44,063 nt of DNA from a virus, in IMG/VR virus record IMGVR_UViG_3300045988_104774; one strand, written 5' to 3'. Each line of letters begins with the position of its first letter. The first letter of the stretch is position 1. The position numbers and the translations under genes are program-made. Under the pieces are notes generated by a model. That model made no database searches. It saw only the letters and a program-made list of their open reading frames with translations, and was not told where the DNA came from. This document shows, piece by piece, positions 23,795 through 31,340 of this stretch.

Positions 23795-24444
23795 TCGTCC
23801 CCTCCAATCCATTCCTTTACGCTGTTGTTTACCAGATCATCGTAGTCGGTCCCGCGGTCCTCGAAGTTGCAGAATGCGTTCTTTTTTTTCTGCTGCCCGC
23901 CCTTTTTCGCACTATTCTGCGCTCTGGAAAACCAGCTATTAAGGTGCCTGTTAATTCCGACACGAGTCTTTTTATATTTAGGGTTGGCTTTATTCCATCC
24001 AATAAGTGACCTTAACTCCTGTTTAGCATCTATGGCCGGGTAAAGCTTTTGCCACTCTGCAAGCGCGTTTTCTGTAACAGCATACTCAGTTCCGTCAACC
24101 AAAGGTATGTATCCAGCAACAGGGCTGTTATCTTCCGGCTGTGTTTCTTTCTTTTTCTTCTTAACCACTGGTTTTTCATCTTCATTACCACTGGTTTCCG
24201 TGTATGTTTGTTTCGCCGGACGTCCGCCTTTCGCCCCATCAGCCTTACGCTTGATGTTGGCATCAATCTGGGGCTGTGCCATCTCAAAAATGGACATATA
24301 CGCCGCGTCACTGCCGTCATCCTCCGGTTCTATTCCATTCAGACCGTAATCAATGATGGCCCACAGCGCCTTAAGCTGTTCCGTTTCCGGTCTGCGCTTG
24401 ATAGCTTTTGCGAAGCTTGCGTAAAAAATGAAGCTATCTCTCAT
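23791..24444 (-). CDS. replication-associated protein candidate (DnaD / replisome-organiser-like)
   Basis: N-terminal FIFYASFAKAIKRRPETEQLKALWAIIDYGLNG and C-terminal WNKANPKYKKT..HLNSWFSRAQN resemble phage DnaD-like proteins. Confidence 0.4.
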   Translation of the reverse strand: MRDSFIFYASFAKAIKRRPETEQLKALWAIIDYGLNGIEPEDDGSDAAYMSIFEMAQPQIDANIKRKADGAKGGRPAKQTYTETSGNEDEKPVVKKKKKETQPEDNSPVAGYIPLVDGTEYAVTENALAEWQKLYPAIDAKQELRSLIGWNKANPKYKKTRVGINRHLNSWFSRAQNSAKKGGQQKKKNAFCNFEDRGTDYDDLVNNSVKEWIGGDE

Positions 24445-24769
24445 CTCTTCCGGCCTCCCACTCTCTGTAAATCTGGATCCAGTCGGTAAGCCGCATGGTT
24501 ACCAACCATTCGCAGCGGTCGCGCCGATGGAATACCGCCGGAAGCAGGCCGGGAAGCGCGTCATGCACCGCCTGTGCTACTGCATCCAGAATGTTCAGTT
24601 TCTCGACTCGCTTACACTCAATGTGGATGCCAGGGAGACCGATCACGTCAGCGTTTCCCGCTGCGCCGCAATACTGCTGCCCTCTTCTGGTGTCGTATCC
24701 CTCCTCACGGAGTATCCCGGCAAGCTCCCTTTCTGCCCTAGCTCCCTTTTGTCTTGAATTTATCGCCAT
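24434..24769 (-). CDS. PD-(D/E)XK nuclease, Holliday-junction-resolvase-like
   Basis: RQKGARAERELAGILREEGY..GNADVIGLPGIHIECKR pattern. Confidence 0.55.
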   Translation of the reverse strand: MAINSRQKGARAERELAGILREEGYDTRRGQQYCGAAGNADVIGLPGIHIECKRVEKLNILDAVAQAVHDALPGLLPAVFHRRDRCEWLVTMRLTDWIQIYREWEAGRDER

Positions 24770-25350
24770 AATGATTCACTCGCCTTTCTTTTTCTTCCAG
24801 AGAATACAGGTATAGTTCCATTTTTATAATCCTTCAAAAAGGCGAAGTGCAGATTCCTGTAATGGCTTCTTTCTCCTCTGCAAACTCTTGATACCATTTC
24901 TCCATTCTTTCCACCTGCGGACTTTGCTGCTTCCGTAGCGCTTTTGTATACCTCTTTTGTATCAAGACATATAACCTCTATTCCCTCGCGCTTCTGCAAG
25001 CCATTCTCAACAGCATGAATCTGGTTCTGGCTTTGGCTGATTCGTTCCAGATTGTCCAGTGAATTGTTTGTCTTGTCACCATCTATATGATTAATGGTTT
25101 TCTCCTTATCATATCCGTTACATACATCGCCAGAAAAAGCTTCATATACAATCTTGTGAACTCTTGTTGTATGATGGTTTTTGCCGTCCGACAAGCTGAC
25201 ATAACAATAACCATTCCGAGAATTTACATGCTGTTTTAATATTTTCCCTTTGGTCGTTTGACGTGGCAAGCTTCTTACCCTTCCGGCATCAGAAACCTCA
25301 TATAAACCTTTATATCCTATAACTGCTTTCCATACTTCTGCTTTACCCAT
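24760..25350 (-). CDS. NUMOD4-HNH homing endonuclease (copy 3)
   Basis: Start trimmed to MGKAEVWKAVIGYKGLYEVSDAGRVRS; INHIDGDKTNNSLDNLE. Confidence 0.85.
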   Translation of the reverse strand: MGKAEVWKAVIGYKGLYEVSDAGRVRSLPRQTTKGKILKQHVNSRNGYCYVSLSDGKNHHTTRVHKIVYEAFSGDVCNGYDKEKTINHIDGDKTNNSLDNLERISQSQNQIHAVENGLQKREGIEVICLDTKEVYKSATEAAKSAGGKNGEMVSRVCRGERSHYRNLHFAFLKDYKNGTIPVFSGRKRKASESLWR

Positions 25351-25714
25351 TTCCAATACCTCCAAAGAGGGAAAGCTGACCGACTATCTGGCCGTTCTTG
25401 ATGCCTTGCTTCGCAAAGCGCTTTGCTCCTCTTTCTGCTGTTTTTATGCTTTTGCATCTGCGATTCTGTGTTTCTACCCATCGTTCAGCTTCTTTCCTTC
25501 CCTGATCGTTTGATAAGGGGATGTAATAGCCTTTTCCGTTGTCCGCAGTAAGGATGGGACGATCATATCTAAGGATTTCGATTGCCCGCCTTACCGCACG
25601 ATCTGGCAGGCCCGTCTGCCTTACCAGATCACCGCGGCTTGTGGCATTCTCACGCCCTACGCCTATCGCATTATATACAGCCGCTGTTGCGGCAGATGTA
25701 ACCTTAAAGTCCAT
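25343..25714 (-). CDS. winged-helix DNA-binding protein candidate
   Basis: TSRGDLVRQTGLPDRAVRRAIEILRYDRPIL is wHTH-like. Confidence 0.4.
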   Translation of the reverse strand: MDFKVTSAATAAVYNAIGVGRENATSRGDLVRQTGLPDRAVRRAIEILRYDRPILTADNGKGYYIPLSNDQGRKEAERWVETQNRRCKSIKTAERGAKRFAKQGIKNGQIVGQLSLFGGIGNG

Positions 25715-25836
25715 AGCCCTCCTTTCTGCCCCGCAGGGCAGATATCAGCGTGCGGGGCAATATCAATGGCATCAATATACTGTCGTGACACATTAATCAA
25801 AGCCATGAGCTATATGTAGAGCCTTGCGGCCATACA

Positions 25837-26139
25837 TCATAAATATGATTTGCCAAACTCCTGCCGGAAGTCATCACGGCTCCCGTAATGCTCCTCGTAG
25901 TATGTCTGGGCCATCTGTTTCAATATCCGGTCAATCTGTAAATTTTCTTCCGATCGGATGAACCTTGCCCCATTTGGGTGTAGGTCTGGCCGCAGCGGTA
26001 TCACAAACCCTCTTGCTTCGGATTTATTCTTGAACCCCTGTCGGCTCTCAAAGATATGGTGCCGCTCTATCGCAGATGAGCCGGTAAAGTAGCAGTGATC
26101 CATATCGTCAGTAAAAACGCTCCAAAGTCTCTTAGCCAT
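25837..26139 (-). CDS. conserved phage protein with C..HH motif, function unknown
   Basis: CYFTGSSAIERHHIF .. LHPNG .. FRQEFGKSY; I recall this pattern in Gram-positive prophages but not a name. Confidence 0.45.
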   Translation of the reverse strand: MAKRLWSVFTDDMDHCYFTGSSAIERHHIFESRQGFKNKSEARGFVIPLRPDLHPNGARFIRSEENLQIDRILKQMAQTYYEEHYGSRDDFRQEFGKSYL

Positions 26140-26704
26140 CTTCCCTCCGGTTCTGATCGTAAAGCTGCTTCATCCGTTCCAGTTCTTCTGGTGTGGCTGT
26201 CTCAATGCCTAACGGTTTACAGTCATTTATCAAGCCATTCAATAGATGTGACATTTCGGCTGTATCATACTGGCTAGATCCTCTAAGGATAATGTATGTG
26301 CGGTAATTGATTCCATCTTTGCCGCCTCTTACATCTGATGTTGGTCTGATATGGAATGTTTGTCTCTCTAAAATGTCGTTTTCCGCTTCTTCTGTATCGG
26401 GAATTACAGCATAGCTCAAATGGCCGGATGATAAATCAACTTGTCCATACTCTCTTAGCATGATGTTGTGTGCACGCGGTTTTGAGATATCGAGAGCTTC
26501 TGCAAATTTTGACAGGAGTGCCCAATAGTATGCGTTGCTGTCAAGACTGCGTTTGTCTCTCCACTGCTTTGCAGTCAGCCGGAGCGTTTTATCTCGCATA
26601 CCATCAATCTGGCCGGATATATCGTCTTCTGCCTCAAATGTCACCCGGAACTTGCCAGTGCTCCAGTCCCGGGTGACATCGGTTAATGTACATTTACACT
26701 CCAA
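26132..26704 (-). CDS. NinB/Orf-like recombination mediator candidate
   Basis: KRSLDSNAYYWALL matches the RSLDQN..LW motif of lambda NinB. Confidence 0.45.
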   Translation of the reverse strand: MECKCTLTDVTRDWSTGKFRVTFEAEDDISGQIDGMRDKTLRLTAKQWRDKRSLDSNAYYWALLSKFAEALDISKPRAHNIMLREYGQVDLSSGHLSYAVIPDTEEAENDILERQTFHIRPTSDVRGGKDGINYRTYIILRGSSQYDTAEMSHLLNGLINDCKPLGIETATPEELERMKQLYDQNRREDG

Positions 26705-26706
26705 TG

Positions 26707-27321
26707 TTAATCATCTCCCCATTTTCCTTTAAAAGCATTGAGGATATTTCCGGCATCAGTCTCCGTCAATGTGTCCCACGTCCGGTCATTGCTGGCCAAC
26801 CAGGATTCCATAGGGACTTTATGCTGTTCTGCCAGCCGTTTGATTGTTTTGATCTGCGATTCACTTGCCAATTCGCTGCTAAACGGGACGTCTGTAAACG
26901 GCCTCTGGTCTTCTTTCATCCATAAGTCAAAGCCGAGACCTGTATGGATTGCCACGCACTTTACAAATGAGCGTGTCATACTGTTCCACACCCTCTGCTG
27001 GCTCATGCTGTTGTCCTTTACCGGATTCGATCCATTCATAACAGGTGACTGCATTGTGTATTCTTTATCATCAATCACCACTTTGATGCGGGTCTCGTAG
27101 CAACGATTTTTGACACCGTTCTTGTCCGTAAACTCCAGATCTGTGTAATAAAGGCTGCTTCCAGTTTTTGGGTTCGGAATCGGCTCAAAATAAACCGTTT
27201 CCGCTCCATAAGCATGCAAAAGCTTCACACACATTGCCCAGTTCAGATATTTGATTCCCTCGCGTTCTACGCAATACTGTGATACATCGATTTTCCTAAG
27301 CTCACTATACGGCTTCAGCAT
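26707..27321 (-). CDS. Rad52-like single-strand annealing protein (Sak / DUF1071 type)
   Basis: IKYLNWAMCVKLL .. VWNSMTRSFVKCVAIHTGLGFDLWMKED follows the Sak pattern (YLSWA .. HGLGLYLY.GED). Confidence 0.65.
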   Translation of the reverse strand: MLKPYSELRKIDVSQYCVEREGIKYLNWAMCVKLLHAYGAETVYFEPIPNPKTGSSLYYTDLEFTDKNGVKNRCYETRIKVVIDDKEYTMQSPVMNGSNPVKDNSMSQQRVWNSMTRSFVKCVAIHTGLGFDLWMKEDQRPFTDVPFSSELASESQIKTIKRLAEQHKVPMESWLASNDRTWDTLTETDAGNILNAFKGKWGDD

Positions 27322-27601
27322 CGCCTCTATCCTCCTTTACCCAGTTTCCGGAGAAGAAAAACTCGACAAAGAGCTGCTTGTCCTCCTCCGGCATATCGTC
27401 TAAATGCGCTTTAGCATATTCATACGCTTTCTGATGGGATACCGTTACGCCGCTCTTTTCCCACGCACTTGAAGAGAAAAAGAATGCAACGAAAAGTTGC
27501 TTATCTCTTTCCGGCATATCATCCAGATGCTCTTTTGCGTACTCATACGCATCGCAGTCCGGAACTCTGCGACCGTCTTCCGGTCCTATTCCGCACCACA
27601 T
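27305..27601 (-). CDS. hypothetical protein made of two tandem ~45-aa repeats
   Basis: AYEYAKEHLDDMPERDKQLFVAFFFS and AYEYAKAHLDDMPEEDKQLFVEFFFS. Confidence 0.55.
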   Translation of the reverse strand: MWCGIGPEDGRRVPDCDAYEYAKEHLDDMPERDKQLFVAFFFSSSAWEKSGVTVSHQKAYEYAKAHLDDMPEEDKQLFVEFFFSGNWVKEDRGDAEAV

Positions 27602-27759
27602 GGCGCATCTCCTGTCAGAATAGCAATCATCTCGGGGCCTCTCACATAGCTTCCCGTTCCTGTTTTTAAAAGAGCCAGTGCAGCTTCAACGCGTCCTTTC
27701 TGTTCCATTAGTGCCTTAAAATCCTCATACGGGATTTCAACCATATTTTTCTCACCCAT
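27586..27759 (-). CDS. hypothetical 57-aa protein
   Basis: My translation MGEKNMVEIPYEDFKALMEQKGRVEAALALLKTGTGSYVRGPEMIAILTGDAPCGAE behind GAGGAGG; overlaps the next start. Confidence 0.5.
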   Translation of the reverse strand: MGEKNMVEIPYEDFKALMEQKGRVEAALALLKTGTGSYVRGPEMIAILTGDAPCGAE

Positions 27760-27904
27760 CTGTCTTTACCTCCTCATAATCTTACTCTTAGGGTTCTCAA
27801 CGTTTCGTCCCTCATATTTCTTGCTATTTTTCTCATAAACCTCGGCAACTGTTCATCTGGTATAACGATTGACACGCAAAAGCCCTTATCTTCGTCAAGC
27901 GCGT

Positions 27905-28087
27905 TTATAGTTTTCCATATTGCCTTTCTGGATTAATCCTGTTAAACTGTAACTGTAATTTATTTACCAGTTGGCCGTTCAGCTCCGTCAAGCTGACGGC
28001 CTTTTTCTTTGGCTTTGCGTACCCGGTGTAACGGCTTGCGCCCGTCAGCGCTTCCGCCCGGTTCGTTCCGCACGTTCTCCGACTCAT
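27905..28087 (-). CDS. hypothetical basic 60-aa protein
   Basis: Start trimmed to MSRRTCGTNRAE.. (ATGA overlap with the upstream stop). Confidence 0.35.
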   Translation of the reverse strand: MSRRTCGTNRAEALTGASRYTGYAKPKKKAVSLTELNGQLVNKLQLQFNRINPERQYGKL

Positions 28088-28260
28088 GCCAGTGCGACAA
28101 CCGCAAGGGCTGTCAGAGTCCAGCAGATCATAGCAAGCCAAAACAGCTTATCTTCGTTCTGCTGATGTTCTTCGTATGCTTCCGTTACCCGCTCTGGGTC
28201 ACTCATGACAGCCACATAACTGAGTGCCGCCGGATGTCTCCGCTCATGACATTCAATCAT
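28084..28260 (-). CDS. small tail-anchored membrane protein
   Basis: AGGAGG 8 nt before ATG 28260; C-terminal LFWLAMICWTLTALAVVALA. Confidence 0.5.
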   Translation of the reverse strand: MIECHERRHPAALSYVAVMSDPERVTEAYEEHQQNEDKLFWLAMICWTLTALAVVALA

Positions 28261-28272
28261 CGTATCCACCTC

Positions 28273-28440
28273 CTAAAAAACAACCGATATCCACACTGCA
28301 TTGGTAAACAGCAGAACCACCGTTGTTACCATCCATGCAAAGAACCATCTTTTTGTACTCCTATTCGCCTGGTTTATAACTGCCGTTGCGAAAAACTCTT
28401 CGAATTCGCCCCAGGATTCGTTTTTCTTCTGCTCCTGCAT
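28273..28440 (-). CDS. small membrane protein (55 aa)
   Basis: My translation MQEQKKNESWGEFEEFFATAVINQANRSTKRWFFAWMVTTVVLLFTNAVWISVVF. Confidence 0.45.
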   Translation of the reverse strand: MQEQKKNESWGEFEEFFATAVINQANRSTKRWFFAWMVTTVVLLFTNAVWISVVF

Positions 28441-28443
28441 ATG

Positions 28444-29220
28444 TTATTCCTCGCTTTTGTTCTGATGCGCCACCATCTCAAATGTACCTTCTGGAGATAC
28501 CCATATTTTAACTTTCGGGTAGTTTTTAAAATCTCTTGCAGTGCTTCTGCCCCGCATCTCGCCGACCTGTGAGCTGTCCCACATCGCTCCTACCTGTGAG
28601 CTGTCCCACATCGCTCCTACCTGTGAGCTGTCCCACATCGCTTCTACCTGTGAGTTGCCCCGCATCTCGCCGACCTGTGAGCTGTCAAACATCGCTCCTA
28701 CCTGTGAGCTGTCCCGCATCGCTCCGACCTGTGAGCTGTCCCACATCGCTCCTACCTGTGAGCTGTCCCACATCTCGCCGACCTGTGAGCTGTCCCGCAT
28801 CGCTCCTACCTGTGAGCTGCCCAACAGTACCTTTACATCGTTCAGCAGCTTTTTAACCTCGCAGCGTTTTAGGCGATAGTATCCGCTTGACAGCTCTTCC
28901 AGTTTCTGATCCACCAGTACATGTTCTTTCCACCAGCCGCAGACAGCTTCCCGAAAAACCTTCTCATGCTCGCTCTCGTCAAACCACTCCGGTCTCATGT
29001 CCTGGTCTACAACAAACCGCCATTTGTCCGGTTCTTCCGCTGGGTCAATCCACCACTCACCATTGACCGGAACTAGCTCGGCTCTCACAAACACATTCGT
29101 GGCGCCGAAGTAATCATCATTGATTCCAAGGCTCTCCAGTAAGTCCGAATGGCTGTCGTTCTCGCCAGGTGCCACAACTACCTTGTTTTTCAAGATAATG
29201 CCGCTCTTAAATCTGCACAT
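28444..29220 (-). CDS. repeat protein: globular N-domain plus ten nonapeptide repeats (DSSQVGAMW consensus)
   Basis: 258-aa ORF; residues 134-223 are 10 in-frame 9-aa units. Confidence 0.7.
   Translation of the reverse strand: MCRFKSGIILKNKVVVAPGENDSHSDLLESLGINDDYFGATNVFVRAELVPVNGEWWIDPAEEPDKWRFVVDQDMRPEWFDESEHEKVFREAVCGWWKEHVLVDQKLEELSSGYYRLKRCEVKKLLNDVKVLLGSSQVGAMRDSSQVGEMWDSSQVGAMWDSSQVGAMRDSSQVGAMFDSSQVGEMRGNSQVEAMWDSSQVGAMWDSSQVGAMWDSSQVGEMRGRSTARDFKNYPKVKIWVSPEGTFEMVAHQNKSEE
28552..28821. repeat. 27-bp tandem repeat x10 (coding, in frame)
   Basis: Plus-strand unit cctgtgagctgtcccacatcgctcctac with a few substitutions per copy, read directly. Confidence 0.9.
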
Positions 29221-29329
29221 CTTTTTTCTCCTCCGTCTCTTTCTTATCGTTGGCTCTCAGTGCTGCTACACACATAGCCACAAAAACCACAAAACCGCCG
29301 CTGATAAATCCGGCTCCAAATAATGTCAT
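29207..29329 (-). CDS. small membrane peptide (40 aa)
   Basis: My translation MTLFGAGFISGGFVVFVAMCVAALRANDKKETEEKKDVQI; overlaps both neighbours. Confidence 0.35.
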   Translation of the reverse strand: MTLFGAGFISGGFVVFVAMCVAALRANDKKETEEKKDVQI

Positions 29330-29535
29330 TCTGCACCTCCGTCAATCTTGAGAAACTCCTCCAGTCCCTGCATACACCTCGGGCAAAGATCGTATGATTT
29401 TCTCGACATAGCCTTATCATCCTCGAATCTATCAATCAACCATAACGCATTTGCTCTTCCGGTCTTTTCGAACTTCATATTTCCCTGATAAGTGTCATAA
29501 TAGCAACCGCATCTATCACATTTTCTTGCGCGCAT
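29326..29535 (-). CDS. small zinc-ribbon protein
   Basis: CDRCGCYYD .. DLCPRCMQG. Confidence 0.5.
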   Translation of the reverse strand: MRARKCDRCGCYYDTYQGNMKFEKTGRANALWLIDRFEDDKAMSRKSYDLCPRCMQGLEEFLKIDGGAE

Positions 29536-29562
29536 TCCACACCTCCGTTGAGTTTTCCCGCC

Positions 29563-29620
29563 TTAACTCAACTCGGAATTGAGTTAAAAACGAATTAAAT
29601 TGAATTAAATTGAGTTAAAT
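29563..29620. promoter_or_regulatory. TTGAGTTAAA-type repeat array, copy A
   Basis: ttaactcaactcggaattgagttaaaaacgaattaaattgaattaaattgagttaaat, ~30 nt upstream of ATG 29535. Confidence 0.6.
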
Positions 29621-29848
29621 CAATTTGGACTTCTCTTCGTCCGTTATCCCTGCGGCCTTTAGCAACGGCCACAATTCCTTTAACCGCATCGAGCCTGGGT
29701 CCTTTTTCCGCAGCCGATACGTTGCCAGATTCATACCCGCCATCTTCGCCATACGCTGATCGTCCAAACGCTTGCGGGCTTTAATAACATCAAGGAGTAT
29801 CTGGACATTCTCCCCTTTTTCGTCAGCGTATGTCTTTTTTCTCAGCAT
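29615..29848 (-). CDS. putative HTH DNA-binding protein
   Basis: Start trimmed to MLRKKTYADEKG.. behind GGAGG; DDQRMAKMAGMNLATYRLRKKDP is HTH-like. Confidence 0.45.
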   Translation of the reverse strand: MLRKKTYADEKGENVQILLDVIKARKRLDDQRMAKMAGMNLATYRLRKKDPGSMRLKELWPLLKAAGITDEEKSKLI

Positions 29849-30014
29849 AAGACCTCCGCTCTTGTAAACAAAAATCCTGTAAGCATCCAATCTTGTGCGT
29901 AAACAGCTAAGTCGTGCGTATCTCCTGTACCACGCTATTCTGATGTGTTTACCACGTTGCGCCTACTTACGGGCCGGAGTAACCGCGTTAGCTCCGGGCA
30001 AATGGTTTTATATA

Positions 30015-30056
30015 TTTACATTTACATTATCATTTACATTAACATTTACATTTACA
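30015..30056. repeat. hexamer array TTTACA TTTACA TTATCA TTTACA TTAACA TTTACA TTTACA (iteron-like)
   Basis: Read directly; also parses as 12-mers TTWWCATTTACA. Confidence 0.9.
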
Positions 30057-30073
30057 TTAGGTTTTCAGATTCA

Positions 30074-30109
30074 AAACCAGTGGTTTCCGAAAAGAAAAAC
30101 CAGTGGTTT
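30074..30109. promoter_or_regulatory. two copies of the palindrome AAACCAGTGGTTT, 23 bp centre to centre
   Basis: 30074..30086 and 30097..30109, read directly. Confidence 0.7.
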
Positions 30110-30110
30110 A

Positions 30111-30299
30111 TTATCTTTTCAAAGTGTACGCTGGCTTGCCGTCAATGCTTGTAAAATGGTACCATCTTGTCTCGCCATCCTTGCAAAAGCCCATGTTCTC
30201 GACATCATAGCAAGCACAAATGCCATCATCCTTTGAATAGCCAAATGCTTCTCTTGCCTGCGCAAGAGCTTTCCACAGTGGAATAAATACCCTTTTCAT
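30111..30299 (-). CDS. hypothetical protein
   Basis: 62-aa ORF flanked by AACC-N3-GGTT palindromes. Confidence 0.45.
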   Translation of the reverse strand: MKRVFIPLWKALAQAREAFGYSKDDGICACYDVENMGFCKDGETRWYHFTSIDGKPAYTLKR

Positions 30300-30328
30300 A
30301 GCTTATGTACCTCCGGTTAATACTTTTA

Positions 30329-30386
30329 AAACCTATGGTTAATAACTCCAAAAACCAGTGGTTATTTGATTTTTGTGTGATATAAT
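30329..30386 (+). promoter_or_regulatory. two AACC-N3-GGTT palindromes plus an extended -10 (TGaTATAAT) for the 30408 gene
   Basis: AAACCTATGGTTA 30329..30341; AAACCAGTGGTTA 30352..30364; TG 30378-79 and TATAAT 30381..30386. Confidence 0.55.
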
Positions 30387-30407
30387 CCATAGGAAAGGAG
30401 TTTTCTT

Positions 30408-30770
30408 ATGGACATTTCTCAATCACAACTCAAACTGCTTAAGCGTCTTCAAAAACAGGTGCTTAGAAAATCCTTGCTTTCTCTCTCCGATATTGAAGAT
30501 ATTTCAGATCTTGGAAGTAATGGTTTTATCCAGTATTCCAAAGAAACCGATGAGCGGAATTCAGAAACCATAATACTCATTACCGCTAAAGGAAAAGCTC
30601 ATTATGAGTCTTACATCAGAGAATCCAAACGCTGGCTGATTCCCGTAGTTCTTTCGATTGTTGCTATAGTAATAAGCCTGTTTGCCTTATACCATTCAAA
30701 TCAGACAATTAACGTCTATGTCAACAACAGGGCAATAACCGAAACAACCACAGATAAAGCAGATATGTAA
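30408..30770 (+). CDS. membrane-anchored protein with an N-terminal winged-helix-like domain
   Basis: AAAGGAG RBS; QLKLLKRLQKQ..; hydrophobic LIPVVLSIVAIVISLFALY near the C-terminus. Confidence 0.5.
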   Translation: MDISQSQLKLLKRLQKQVLRKSLLSLSDIEDISDLGSNGFIQYSKETDERNSETIILITAKGKAHYESYIRESKRWLIPVVLSIVAIVISLFALYHSNQTINVYVNNRAITETTTDKADM

Positions 30771-30937
30771 GTCGGAAAGTTTGGATATCGGCTCCAGAGT
30801 GGCATCCCATCACCATACTTTTTCAATGCTCGGTGAATTTTCCGTATCTCTTTCGGATCCATTCTTTCCTCAGTGCTTAACAGCAGGCAGTGAATCTCTC
30901 TCTTTGTCATGCGGTCATATATGGATTCTTTTCTCAC
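30716..30937 (-). CDS. small tail-anchored membrane protein
   Basis: ATGA overlap with the Cro-like gene; C-terminal ISALSVVVSVIALLLT. Confidence 0.5.
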   Translation of the reverse strand: MRKESIYDRMTKREIHCLLLSTEERMDPKEIRKIHRALKKYGDGMPLWSRYPNFPTYISALSVVVSVIALLLT

Positions 30938-31134
30938 TTCTCCTCCTCATCCTCTAAAAGGGATTCGATGCCGACTCCGAAGTAAGTTGCGATCTTCTTG
31001 ATTTTGTCAGCTTTCGGCGTATATCTGCCAGCTTTCCAATTGCTCAGCGTTGCGGTAGATACTCCGGTTCTTTTTGCTACTTCATAGTCAGTAACACCAG
31101 CTTTATCCCTCAATTCCGCATATTTGTTATACAT
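30934..31134 (-). CDS. Cro-like XRE-family HTH regulator
   Basis: MYNKYAELRDKAGVTDYEVAKRTGVSTATLSNWKAGRYTPK; divergent from the repressor; alternative upstream start at 31167. Confidence 0.75.
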   Translation of the reverse strand: MYNKYAELRDKAGVTDYEVAKRTGVSTATLSNWKAGRYTPKADKIKKIATYFGVGIESLLEDEEEK

Positions 31135-31160
31135 TTTCACCATCCTTTCATAAATATATA

Positions 31161-31189
31161 TTGACAATAGTTAAGATTTCTAATATAAT
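31161..31189 (+). promoter_or_regulatory. consensus sigma-70-type promoter TTGACA-17-TATAAT facing the repressor operon
   Basis: Hexamers at 31161..31166 and 31184..31189, read directly. Confidence 0.65.
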
Positions 31190-31240
31190 GAAGTCGTCGA
31201 ACAAAGTTATAAAAGAAATCGAAGCTATTATCTTTGTCTG

Positions 31241-31260
31241 TAGCTTTGCTTTCAAAGCTA
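31241..31260. promoter_or_regulatory. operator-like inverted repeat TAGCTTTG-cttt-CAAAGCTA
   Basis: Read directly; adjacent to the -10 of the leftward promoter; related half-sites recur between 31203 and 31364. Confidence 0.5.
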
Positions 31261-31267
31261 TGCCCAG

Positions 31268-31296
31268 AGTATAGCATTGATTTCAAAGTTTGTCAA
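31268..31296 (-). promoter_or_regulatory. leftward early promoter TTGACA-17-TATACT facing the Cro-like gene
   Basis: Minus strand ctgTTGACAaactttgaaatcaatgcTATACTctg. Confidence 0.6.
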
Positions 31297-31340
31297 CAGA
31301 TTTTAGCTAATTTTTCAAATTTATTTTAGAGGTGTAAACT

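Noticed and set aside
28536-28879. The 27-bp repeat array considered as a CRISPR array, or as plus-strand ORFs (106 and 112 aa)
   Set aside because: The repeats are contiguous with no spacers and stay in frame with the 258-aa minus-strand gene. The plus-strand ORFs are mirror images of the repeat.
29945-30154. ORF translating to ..YIYIYIIIYINIYIYI..
   Set aside because: It is an artefact of reading through the TTTACA hexamer array and has no RBS.
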